The notes beneath the pieces are model-generated. The model saw only the letters and a program-made list of their open reading frames with translations. It ran no database searches and was not told where the DNA came from. DNA of 64,000 nucleotides. Source: Blepharisma stoltei ATCC 30299. Lineage: Eukaryota; Protista; Ciliophora. The stretch spans positions 62,001-126,000 of the forward strand of contig CBFDEM010000015.1 of NCBI GenBank assembly GCA_965603825.1, written 5' to 3'. Shown in pieces: positions 1 through 11,700 of the stretch (positions within the stretch are counted from its first letter, which is position 1; each line of letters opens with the position of its first letter). The translations under genes and the position numbers were made by a program.

Positions 1-2
1 AT

Positions 3-1184
3 ACTGGGAATAAGTCACCATTAAAAAACTTTGAAGAAAAAACCCCAACTCCTGCTTTAACTGAAAAATCGATATTCCAGGCACCTTTAAACCTAATCAA
101 TGTTCCAGAGCCTTCAGCATTTAACAAGCGAGAAATCTCAGTAGAAACTCCAACACAGGTGATCAGTGGGTGGTTTGGGAGTTCATCATATCACACTTAT
201 CCGATCATCACACAAATAAATGACCAAATTTATAGAGTAACTAGAAGATTCAGCGACTTAGATTGAATGCATAACTTATTAGTCAAAAATTATTGCGGAT
301 TCCTTATACCTCCACGACCGGATAAAAGAATTATTAACAATAACAATGACAAGTTTATTGAAGAGCGAAGATTGCAGATTGAAAAATACTTAAACATTAT
401 TTTAAATAACCCAGTATTAGGCATGTCACTCCCATTTAAAGTTTTTACACAAGCCCGTGATGAAAACTTCGAAATTGAAAAAAAATCAGCAGAAGATCGT
501 CAAGAAAATCTTCAAGCTAAAAGTTTTGAAGATATAATTGACAGCGTTTATGCAAAATTCCAAACAAATTATCAAAAATTATTTACTGATATTCCTATAA
601 AAGAAGACATTGAAAATATAGTAGAAAATATAATAAAGCTGGATTCTCCTACACAGTCTTGTATTAATTCTTTTCAAAATTGGACAAATCAGCAGAAATT
701 GACGATAGATGCATTTCGCGAATTCGAAATCCCAGAAGAGCCAGATATTTCTGATATTTTTCAGCAGCATTCAAAGAACTGCCAACAGAATTTCGAAGAG
801 CTTGACCAATTTCATTCAGATTTTTCTAATGAACATTTACGATTGGAAGGGTTAAAACAAGCGATAAATTCATATAAAGGATCAATTAGTAAATATCATG
901 AGCAAGAAGCTTTAATTTCAAGAAAATATGCAAAGCATAAGAATTCATATGACGAAGAAACAGCGTCAAGATATTTACAAGAACTGGAATCTGCTGAAAT
1001 AGATTTGGAAAAATTAACTAAGTCATTGAGTAAAATAGAAAGCAATTTAATTCAAGAAAACATGAGATTTGAAGCAACAAGGAGTGAAGAAATTATGAAA
1101 ACTGTTATTGGGATTACTAAAAAGCAAAGAGAATTTTATGAAAAAGAATGTGTATTTTGGCAAAATGCCCTTGAAAAATTTTAA
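3..1184 (+). CDS. Sorting nexin (PX + BAR-like helical domain), 5'-partial
   Basis: Frame is open from position 3. YRVTRRFSDLD-W(TGA 264-266)-MHNLL...GFLIPPRPDK...FIEERRLQIEKYL is a PX domain, followed by a helical C-terminus. Stop is TAA. Confidence 0.88.
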
Positions 1185-1362
1185 AATAAATATCCGCGTC
1201 AAAAATTAATTTAGACCATTAATCTCCTTTTAAGTTTCCACGTATAGATAATAAAATGGGATTATAATTATTTATACTCTAAATTATATCATAAAATTAA
1301 TAATAAATTTATATGAAATACCAATTAATATTTTCTATAAAATTCTACCTTATATAATCTCA

Positions 1363-2484
1363 TTAAATTAATCCTAACTTTGTTGATGCAATTAAAGATG
1401 ACAAAAATTGTTCAATTGAAGACCCTCCCGTTCCTTTTTGATCTTTCCCTTGCCCAGGTGCTAAAACATAATGATAAGCAAGCTTTAAATGAGCCTCTCT
1501 AAGTTTACATATTTTTTCTATTGCATTATTCCATTCTTCTACTGCTCCAAGCTCTATTATTTTTTCTTTCATATCCCTAGGCCTTATCGTTCCAATATAG
1601 CTTATAAAATTCCTATGCTCAGTTTTCATATAATTTCACATTTTCTGAATAAATTCATCATTTTTATTTAAATTAAATACTTCATCTATATATTTCACTA
1701 TAGGAATTTGAGCAGCTGAAGCCCCTGCATAAATTTCTGAATTCTCACTAACCCCTTCAAAAATGACTCCTGTTTCAAATGATTTCAACTTTTTCCGAAA
1801 TCCAAAATAAAATATTTTTGGGTCAACCTTTTGATAAATTAGCTTAAATGTTTTTGTCATTATTTCTATTGTGTCCTTAAATGCATCTAAAGCTTCAATA
1901 ACCTGAAATTTATTGCTATTTTCTAGCCCTGAATAAAGCTTATAGCATGCATCTATAAGTGGAGTTCCAAGATACTCAATATACATAGGAGTCAAATAAA
2001 AATTTTCTTCATCTTTAGTGCCTGAAAACGTAAATAATGCCTGAAAATTATTGACGTGAAAATTTCCACTATTTTCTATAAATTTCCAATTGTGATAATG
2101 CAAAGATGCTGCAGTTAATATAGGTGGACGTCTTAATTTTTGGGAAATTTGTAAAAAGGGGATTGAAATATTTGCTGGAATTTTGGTTGAAGGGGTTTCT
2201 GTATTTCAGTAATAAGAAGAAACAATCATACCATATAATAAGGCTGCAAGCTCGAGCTGAAGAGTTTCTTGGTATAAAGGGGTTGGGTCAACTGTAGGAA
2301 GGGATGCGATCTGTTGAAGGATATTTTGCGGAGAATTTTGAAGAGATTGAACTAATTCGTAGTGGGGGTAAAGGTTTTGAAGAGAGGGAATGCCTGGAGG
2401 TTCTTGACCAATTGTAAATCCATGTGTTTCGCTTAGCCCAAAAGAACTACAAGATTTGTATGATAGCCCTCTAAATAATTTCAT
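1363..2484 (-). CDS. IDO: Indoleamine 2,3-dioxygenase paralog (373 aa)
   Basis: Three track ORFs join in one frame through TGA=Trp at 2206 and 1636. Motifs: RPPIL..HNW, GASAAQ, proximal His in REAHLKLA, GTGGS. Confidence 0.9.
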
Positions 2485-2632
2485 TTTATTTATAGAGATT
2501 CTACAGGAAAACTGAAAATATAAACTATTTATCGCAATTTCTTATATTGTATATTTAAATTTATTATTAATTCAAAAGTAAAACGATATTTATCAAATTT
2601 CTAATTTAATTTTTTTATTGCAGGATTTTGCA

Positions 2633-3763
2633 TTATAATGCAGATCTTCTGGTAGACGTAATTAAAGTATTCAAAAATTGTTCAAGAGAAGAGCCCCCTG
2701 TGCCTTTATTGTCTCGTCCTTGACTAGGAGCAATAATATAATTATATGCAAGCTTCAAATGAGTTTCTCTAAATTTGCAAATTTCATCAATTACCTCATT
2801 TCATTCGTTTTTTGCTCCTAAATCTTCGATATTTTCTCTCAAAAATGATGGCCGTTTTTCGTTCATAAAAAAAATAAAATTTCTGTGTTCTTTTTTTAAA
2901 TATTGATATGTTTTTGATATAAATTTGTGCTCTTGATTTAAATTAAAAATGATATCAATAAGTCTTACTATTGGACTTTGTGCTGCTGAAGCCCCAGAAT
3001 AGATTTCACAATCTTCTGAAATTCCTTCAAAAATAGCTCCTTTTTCATAAGATTTTAACTTATTTCTGAATCCGAAATAAAAAATTCCTGGATCGCATTT
3101 TTCATACATAAGATTTAAAGCACCTGTCATTTTCTGAATAGTTTTTTTGAATATCTTTAATGCTTTTATTATTTCTTCTTTATTTCTTTGTTCAATCGAT
3201 GAAAAAAGATCAAATGCTGCTTCTAAAAGTGGGGCTCCTAGGTATTCTACATATAAAGGAATTAAGTAAAAATATTTTTCATCTGAGGTTCCCGAAAAAG
3301 TAAATAAGCAGTCTAGGTTATCAGGATGAAAATCCTGGGCAAGACTTTTATAAGAAAAATTGTGGAATTCTAAGGAAGTGATGTTTAAGATAGGAGGGCG
3401 ATTTAGATACTGACAGATTTTTCAAAAAGGGACACCTATATTGGAAGGAATATTAACTGAAGGAATAGGAGACGCTCAGTAGTAGGAAGAAACAAGCATT
3501 CCGTAGATTAAAGCAGTAAGTTCTAGTTGCTCAGGGTCATCAAAAAGGATAGAAGCCTCTATTTGAGGCAGATTTTTAATTCTGCTGGGTATAGTGGAGG
3601 TTTCTGACGCAAGTGATTTTGCAAGCTCATAGTGGGGAAATAATTCTGGATATTTTGGGATGCTTGGTGGAGGGTTTGGGTTGATAAACCCATGAGTACT
3701 ACTGAGTTTAAAAGAAGATAAAGGAGATAAAACAGCAGATTTTTGGAAACACTTTGCAACCAT
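2633..3763 (-). CDS. IDO: Indoleamine 2,3-dioxygenase paralog (376 aa), Glu132 type
   Basis: Single frame through TGA at 3476, 3422 and 2801, ending in TAA at 2633-2635. Motifs: GASAAQS, RETHLKLA, KGTGGS. Tandem paralog of 1363-2484. Confidence 0.9.
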
Positions 3764-4055
3764 TTTTATTTTCTATCTTTATTATTGTTAATTAACTTGT
3801 GAATAAAGACATAGTGAGCTATGGTAGAGCTTTTATGTAAAAGAAGCATTCAATACTATTTTAAATAATATATTTTCCAGATTTTATAATTAATATTTAC
3901 TGTCTATAAAAATTTCGATTATTAAATAATTTAATTACTAGAGAAGCTTATAATAAATTTAGTATTGATTAAAATCAAATCCGAAAAATTAAGAAATGTT
4001 AGCAATTCAATAGATATTTAGCGGTTTATTAATAAAATGTCATTTTATTAAAAAG

Positions 4056-4128
4056 TACAATCGGTGGGAATTGAACCCACGACCTTCTGCGTGTTAGGCA
4101 GATGTGATAACCACTACACTACGATTGC
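4056..4128 (-). tRNA. tRNA-Val(AAC)
   Basis: 73-nt cloverleaf: acceptor GCAATCG/CGATTGT, anticodon arm TCTGC-CT-AAC-AC-GCAGA, T-loop GGTTCAATTCC, followed by a T-run (Pol III terminator). Confidence 0.95.
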
Positions 4129-4455
4129 TGTTGAACATTGCCATCATCTAGAGATTAAATACTCCCCAATAATGATATCTGCAATCAAACAGTTTAAAAC
4201 TTTATATAAATCCATTTACCAAAATAATTAATTTCCTATAACAATTTTGATAAAATAATATTGAGTATTTCATAAAATTCACTCAATTTTTATCATCTAT
4301 TTTCATCCTTAATGCAATTTTTGCATTAAAATTGATTTATTATAATCTTCTAATTTTTTGAATTAAAACGTTCATCACCACCCTATTTCACCTATAACTA
4401 AAATCCCAAAATTTTAAATAACAGCTGAGCATTATAGATCATGTCTAATTCATAA

Positions 4456-5517
4456 ATGGACTTTGACCCACTTAAATTGAAGAGATTCGGGGATAAAAAC
4501 TACAAGACTCTGATGGGCTTAGCAGCAGCTGCAGTCGGTTTTCTTGCTTTAGCGATTGTGTTTTTAATTATTTCCTCAGTATCAGGCAGCGCGCAAGGCT
4601 CAGCTAACAGAGAAATATCTGTAAGCATCATATAGAACTGGAATAAACAGAGCTATGCAGAGGCTTTGCATAATATTACACTAAAGCTTAAAGTTATTCC
4701 AAGCCAAGGCCACGGAGTCGTTGAGTTCATGAATTGGACAAATACCGAAGAGGAGTCTTACCAAAAAGAAATAGGTAAGTCCATAACCAAATACGACGTC
4801 TCTTATCACGAATATACAGCTGACACCTCACTAAAGTTTTCTACACTTGCTTTTAACGAAGATGTAGTCCCAGTAGGAGATGCCCAGTCTAAATGCGTCT
4901 ATGTTGAGTGGGCTCCATCTTTCGATAAAAATAAAATCGTTGCATTCAAGCCACTTGAAAACATGCCAAACTGTTCTCATGCCGGCAAAGGAGGGATGTG
5001 GAATGACAATGATCCAAAAGTTGGCATTGACGTATCAAATTGGTGGCAAAATGAAATTGAGCTCAGCTGCTCAGGAAAAGGATGCCAAGAAACCTGCAAG
5101 AAAAAGAATGGAGTATGGGTTTGGAAAAATGACGAAGGAAGCGGCGTTTGCTTTACTTATGACATCTTAGAATCAATCTGTTTAAAGATGAAAAATAACG
5201 TCGATATTTTTGGAAAATCCCATTGGGCTTATGCAGGTGGCTGCTATCAAGATAATCAACCAGGGAAATACGAGACTGGGAAACCAGGGGAAACTTATCA
5301 TTTTGCTAGCGTGGATATTGAGGTTAGAGGAGAAAACGACCCTTATATCGCACTTTTAGATTCCTCAGGAAATGAAGCTAAAATTTCTCATTCGTCTGGA
5401 ATTGCATCTAGCTTAGCATGGATTATGCTAGTTGGCTTCATTGGCAGTGTAGGAGCATTTGGATTTTTATTCTTCAAACTAAAGAAAGAAGAAGCGCCAT
5501 ACGCAGAATCAGCTTAA
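4456..5517 (+). CDS. Membrane protein: N-terminal TM, Cys-rich ectodomain, C-terminal TM; one 15-nt intron
   Basis: ATG 4456 (MDFDPLKLK...LAAAAVGFLALAIVFLII) is in the same frame as track ORF 4666. The only stop (TAG) lies inside the intron at 4621-4635. Confidence 0.8.
4621..4635 (+). other. 15-nt spliceosomal intron GTAAGCATCATATAG
   Basis: GT...AG, A at position 10, removes an in-frame TAG. Confidence 0.85.
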
Positions 5518-5543
5518 TCTAATCATTATTTAGTCTAAATAAA

Positions 5544-6797
5544 ATGAAAAATTTGATAGTTGGCCATTCTTCAAATTTCCCATTCAACCCTACAGATTCA
5601 TCAGACAGTTCGGTCTTTTTTAGATTATACCAAGATTCCTCTATTCGCCAAAAAAACCACGACATCCTCTCCTATTCAAATGCGAATAAACCAAAAAAGT
5701 CATCACGAAAAACTGACATGAAAGTTGAAGATCTACTACTACAAAAATACAAACAACACCAAATAAAAATCCATCAACAAATGCTGAAGGCAAAATCTGA
5801 TGAGTTGAAAGAACTTAAGCCAGCCCCTGACATAAATCCTGTATCGAAAGAGCTTGCCAAATTAAGAGAAATAAATGACGAAAAAAACAACCCACCTAAG
5901 GTAGATACCAGGAAAAGCATACAAGAAATCTTGCTAGGGTCAAGATATTATAGAAAACAGCCAAATCAAGAAGAAATAAAAAGCAGCGAAATACTTCAAG
6001 GGATTTCTACACCAAAATTGACAGAAATTTCGCTAAAGCAGCTGGAAGAGGAAATCAAAGCTTCAGAGCAAGCTTTAAAAGAGGACTCCTCCAAGCCAAA
6101 AGTAGACCTCCATCTAAAATTCCAAGAAAAAGACGCCAAAAATAAGCCAAAAGCTCGGTCCTTAATAAAATCAAAATCCAGCTACATTTCTTCCCATGAA
6201 AAAATCCAAGCCAAAGAAGTCGAGGATTTCAAAAACGCTGTGATTCCTCTTGAAGACTTAAAAAAAGTAGTAAAAAGCAGGCCAATATATAAAGAGGAAG
6301 AAGAAGAAAAGCCAAGTGAGCCTTTCCTGGCCATGAGTGTCATACAAAGAAGCGAATACTGGCTTCACAAAAGAGAAAAAAAAGTCCGCAGAAATAAACA
6401 AATTGAATACGAAAATGAGCTTTCTAATTGCACATTTAGCCCTCAGTTTAGTCCGAGACGTGAATTATTTTTCAAAAAAAATCCAGCGTTAAAATATAGA
6501 TGCAAATCACAGCAAAGCCAAAGCTATACTGTGCTCAACGTGACGAAAAAGCAATATAAATCGAGCAGCGCCCAGAACAGCTTTAGGCTGCAAAGGAATT
6601 TTTCATGCCAAAATTCGAAAATTTATGAAAAATCGGAAAATTCAAGAGCGAGTTGGTTGTCAAGTCCGAGAAATATGGGGCAGAGTTTGACACCTTTTAA
6701 TAGGACTATTGGATATAGATCAGGGCTTGATTTTGACTCTTTTAAAGCAAAGGCACAAGTGATGGTTGACTATAAGACACTAGGGATCAAAAAATAA
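5544..6797 (+). CDS. Hypothetical Lys/Ser/Glu-rich protein (417 aa)
   Basis: Long ORF ending in TAA. Short motifs PDINPVS and CTFSPQF, no recognisable domain. Confidence 0.7.
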   Translation: MKNLIVGHSSNFPFNPTDSSDSSVFFRLYQDSSIRQKNHDILSYSNANKPKKSSRKTDMKVEDLLLQKYKQHQIKIHQQMLKAKSDELKELKPAPDINPVSKELAKLREINDEKNNPPKVDTRKSIQEILLGSRYYRKQPNQEEIKSSEILQGISTPKLTEISLKQLEEEIKASEQALKEDSSKPKVDLHLKFQEKDAKNKPKARSLIKSKSSYISSHEKIQAKEVEDFKNAVIPLEDLKKVVKSRPIYKEEEEEKPSEPFLAMSVIQRSEYWLHKREKKVRRNKQIEYENELSNCTFSPQFSPRRELFFKKNPALKYRCKSQQSQSYTVLNVTKKQYKSSSAQNSFRLQRNFSCQNSKIYEKSENSRASWLSSPRNMGQSLTPFNRTIGYRSGLDFDSFKAKAQVMVDYKTLGIKK

Positions 6798-6857
6798 TAT
6801 AATAACTTAATATTTCAAAAAAATAATAAAGGGTATAGTAATAATTTTAAGGTATGT

Positions 6858-7373
6858 TTAGATACGCCTAACTACGTTTCTATTGATTTTTCTTATTTCT
6901 TCATCTTCAGGGAAGATTTTTGAATCACTTGACAATAAAGTTATCAGGGGCTCAAAATATAGAGGAGATGGTTGAATTTCGCGGAGAAAGTTGATAAAAA
7001 TTGAGACCAAGGCTCGGGGGTTGGATTCGGTTTGCAGCTGATGGAGATGTGTCACTGTGCTGATTGTCAAGAGATTTTGAGTCAATGCGAGATCGATTCT
7101 TTCATTGTCGCTTAGACGATGAAAGTTATGAAATCCAGCTGCATCAAGTTTTTCATTGACAATCCTTTGAGTATGGATTATCATATAGTTCTTTAAGCTT
7201 GTTGAAGATCGTCGAAAATATAAATCTTTGACTGTATTATATGCAATTGCTAGATGGTCTCTTTTAGAAGTGCCTGAAATGTGCTCAAAATCTCGTGAAA
7301 TATTTTTTGCTTTTGGCAGAGATTTAGGATTGTGATGGCTTACTCCTGGAACATACCAATGGACTTCACTCAT
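6858..7373 (-). CDS. Hypothetical protein (171 aa)
   Basis: ATG-to-TAA ORF with GC content above the flanks. Confidence 0.65.
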   Translation of the reverse strand: MSEVHWYVPGVSHHNPKSLPKAKNISRDFEHISGTSKRDHLAIAYNTVKDLYFRRSSTSLKNYMIIHTQRIVNEKLDAAGFHNFHRLSDNERIDLALTQNLLTISTVTHLHQLQTESNPRALVSIFINFLREIQPSPLYFEPLITLLSSDSKIFPEDEEIRKINRNVVRRI

Positions 7374-8768
7374 GGCGGTTAGCTTAATTTTAATAGAATT
7401 AAATAAGAATTTGGCATAAGTATGGACTTTTGATATTTTTGGGTTAAATTTATAGGACTCAAGGTTTTGATTTGTATTAAATTTGAAATAACAAAATAAG
7501 TATAAATTAATTATTGAATTGCTTATAGCAAAAATAAAACTTTATTAATTCATTTTTCTTTGCTATTCAATTCTCTTATTCTAAATTTCCTACTATTGTT
7601 GCAAGTCATTTAAAGCATCTATAGGTGTGTAGAGCGAAGCAGTTATATATTTTCTTAATATCAATCCTACTATCTAACAATTTCAAAAATTAAAATTATA
7701 AAAAAAATTCATGAAGGTGATAGACCGAGAGACAGTTTTGCCTCTATACTCTCAAATCTGGGATCAAAACCCTAAAGAGATTAGAAAATAAATTGAAGCC
7801 TTAAGCCAAGTTCTTATATGCGCTCAAATTGAAATTATATGGGAGGATTATGAGATCATGAGCCTAAAATTATGCAATGCTATTAGAACAAAACTTGGAG
7901 TTTCTCTTATTTCAAGGGTAAGAATTTTAAGTGAGGTGAAAGTGGAAAAACCTTTTAATATTCATTTTTAAAAGCCTTGCATGAAATTTTAGATCTAGAT
8001 ATGGATTATGATCTGGGATTCTAAAATTTAAGCAGTTGATAAGCCTGGTAATGGCTGTCTCTGTATGTATTGATTGCCGCGTTAAAACCTCTTTTGAAGA
8101 GTGCGGGATAGGAATAATTGGAGGATATCACAAGAGTTAAAATCAAATAGTAGTGATTATGAGCTGCCTTGGGTTTTTCCCATAAATATCTTATAAGCTT
8201 ATATATATATGAGCCATTGTCTCAAACATTAGCAATACCATCAATGACGAAGACAGAAATATAGATATCATACTTATATCCTTTAGCCAAACTAGTGATA
8301 CTCATTCAAAATTTGAAACATAAAGTCATCTTCCAATACTTCACAATTGGGATTCTACAAGGCGTTAAATACTTATTCAACCCCATTCATCTGCTATTTG
8401 GATTATATACAATAAACTCTTAGCTTTATCTTTATATATCATAAGAAAGCTGCATCATTGCAAGTAGCAGAATATCTCTGCTGTAAATGTCTCGACAACT
8501 TTCTTTTTTATAAAAACTCTTGAATTTCATATAGAATTTTAGCAAAGTTGATAGACTATAGCCTTTTAATTTCACTATTTCGTATCTCTGCACTTTCTGG
8601 AGTCAAAAAATGCAGCAATTTATCAACTGGATTTAGGAGGGCTTGTAGAAACATGAATTCATCCATCTACTTTCAATTTCAGAAAAGATTGTTGGGAGAA
8701 TAAACTTGCTTATTATATTGAGCATAATAAGATTATTCGATGTTTCTCCAGTCTATCGTAATAATAAT

Positions 8769-11700
8769 ATGTCTGAAGAGCAAAGCCAAGCTTTTATTGA
8801 ACCAAATACAATTTATAGTCCATCAGAGATCCTTGAATGATGCACCACAGGCAAACCAATAAATCTTCCTAGAGCAGTTGAAAGCTCAATCCCATTTCGT
8901 TCAAAATTTGCACTTTTTGACATACCATTTTGTTTGCATGACCGTAGCTTCAAAGAAGATGCGCTGTACTCAGAAGAACTATTTTTGAAAAAGAACATTA
9001 GAAGTGGAAACTCTATTATGATTCAACTGAAAGAAACAAAAAATAGCAGTGGTGCTGATAAGCCATCAAGAATAATGCGCTATTCGTACTCAAATGCCTG
9101 ATTTGTAAGAAGAGGCATGCAGAAGATTTTTGAGTTGTACCCAGAGTTTACCTTCCAATGCAACACAAAAGATCTCAACACAATCGGAAGTTTTGCTGGA
9201 AATTATCCATTAATCTACAGCCAAGATCCCCAAAGAGAGCTTATGAGGAAATTAATATTTTATGATGTTGAAGAGACTATTATAAGAAAAGGATTATCAG
9301 TTGACGTATACAGGACAACTCAAGCAAATGGAGAAAGTGCTCAGATATCATATTCAAGGCAACTTGATGCCTGGATAATTTCATCAAAAAATGTCAGCAT
9401 AGCTGCAAGAAGGGAAGAAGATTTGTATCAATTGCATGAAGAAAAATATATTGAAAACAAATATATGTTTGAATCATATGAAGAAAAATATATTGAAAGC
9501 AAATATATGTTTGCAAAGCTAATTGGATTCAAGTGGTTTGATTACGTCAATTCTTTAAACAGAAACCTAGTAGAAAATTTAAAGAATGACTTAGATGGAT
9601 TTACCTTTATAGGTGAATACGTAGGTAATCAAAAATACCAGCATTTAGTAAAATACAATGAAAACACCATATTGTTTTTTGCCTATGTCGATAATAATTC
9701 TCCACACTCCTTTATGCCACCATTAAAAGCATTTTCATTATTCAAAAAATATAATTTAAATCGAGTAGAAGTAGAATACATTGGAAACATGAGGACTCTT
9801 GAAGAATTATATAGAAATTTAGGCGATTTATATAATAAAATCTCATCTGAGGCCTTAACTGAAGGAGAAGGAAGCGTTATTTATCTGCTGGAAAACCAAA
9901 ATCCTGATAACCCTATATTATATGCGGCAAACACTACAATTTTTGGTAATCAGCCCGAAAATTTTACAGAGCAAGAGCTCTCGCAAGCAATTTTAAGCCA
10001 ATTTGCTCTATCTGCGATAAAAATAAAAACTCTTGAGTACAAAATTTTCAGAATGCTAAGAGAAAAGATTAAAAAAGTGATTTCAGATAGAGGGATGAGA
10101 ATACCCTCTTCAAAAGTGAGATTAAAAAAATTTATGCATAAGACCCAGGATTTTTCAAGATATATTGAGCCCCCGAAGCCTTTAGATTATTATTTTAAAA
10201 TTGCTGAAGTCGCTTTTGCTTCTATAAGTCAATATCCATCAGAAAGTAGATTCAATGAAGGATTTATTTATTTTCTTGATACGATAATTTTAAGAATTAA
10301 TTCTGCCAAACCTTCAGAAATCTGTGACAAGGAAATTAATTCTGAAAAATGTATCGAAGAGCTAAATCCCCTTATCGTCACTATTGTCACTCCACCTTTT
10401 ATTCTGGATAAATCCGAAAAGAACGCAATATGTGATGCTTTAAAATCCACAAAAATCGAGAAAACATGAAACAAGAAAATAAGAGTAAAAGAAGGCTTAA
10501 CGGTTTGTTTTCCTCTAGAATTTATGGAAATTAAAGATCGTGTCCCAGAAATACCCTTTTTGTATTTTATAGGACCACAGATGAGGGATTTAAAAAATCT
10601 GAAAATATCATTAGAATGCGCCAAAGGATAAAAAGCAATATAATTCCTTACAGTATGACTGGGTGTTTAAAAGGTGACCCTCATCAAACGATTGAAACTT
10701 TTCAAAACAAAGTTACAACTTTACGGCTGCTTATTGAAGAAAAACAGAGAGATTTTGTTTTAGAAGGGTTTGATACTGATCTATCTCAGTTCATTTTGAC
10801 CTTAAAAACAAAAGTTGATTCGCTGAGAATGAAAGTCCCAGAAGAAATCACACAAATCAAATCCAATGAAATTTTTGTTATTGTTCCGATGGGCATCCCA
10901 GCAATGGGGAAATCCTTTATAAGAGCTTTATTCCAAGCAGCCATAGAAAGCCATGAAGGAGTTACTTTTTCTACTATATCATCAGGCAAAATAAGAGAAA
11001 AATGCATCCAAGAGTATATGGAAAGCTCAAAAATTCGAGATTGAGATTACGCTTACCAGCAAACCAATTGAATCTCAAGAGTAAATTTCGCCAAAAGTCT
11101 ATCAAGAGAAATGAAAACAAAATCCAAATGCCACGTGCTATTTCTTGACAAAAACTTCCCGCCTAACTCTATTCCGGGAACCTTTGCTGAAATAACTAAA
11201 AATGCACTTAAAACATCCCAAATTCGAATCATTGCCCTTGTTCCTGAATGTGGGACCCCATTTGTAATAAATGATGACAAAAGGCACAGAAGTTTTACAT
11301 ATGAACTCTCTTTACCATTTCTTATACAATGTTTAGTAAGGGCGAGAAATAGAGTCGACCATGAAACTTTAACTGGGAGTCTTACAAAAAAAGTTGCTAT
11401 AGTTTTGATGATGTATAACATGTATAGAAATGTTAGGTTTGATGATTTTTTGACTAATGGGTTTGATTATATTATGAGACTGCCATTTACTGAAGAAAAT
11501 GCCTTTGAAGTGGATGATAATATGAGGCTTGTCGTGTCAAAAACTTTGACAGCTTTCAGACCTGGAGGATTGCCAAATGAACATACAATAAGAGATCTAG
11601 TAGAATTAATTGATCAATATGCTGAAATTTTACCAAATATCGACCCAACACCTAAAATCTCTTCAGAATTATCTAAACTTTTTGATCTCGGAATAAGTGG

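Noticed and set aside
4621-4635. UAG=Gln readthrough
   Set aside because: Both in-frame TAGs end perfect 15-nt introns, and TAG terminates the cyclin and OTU genes.
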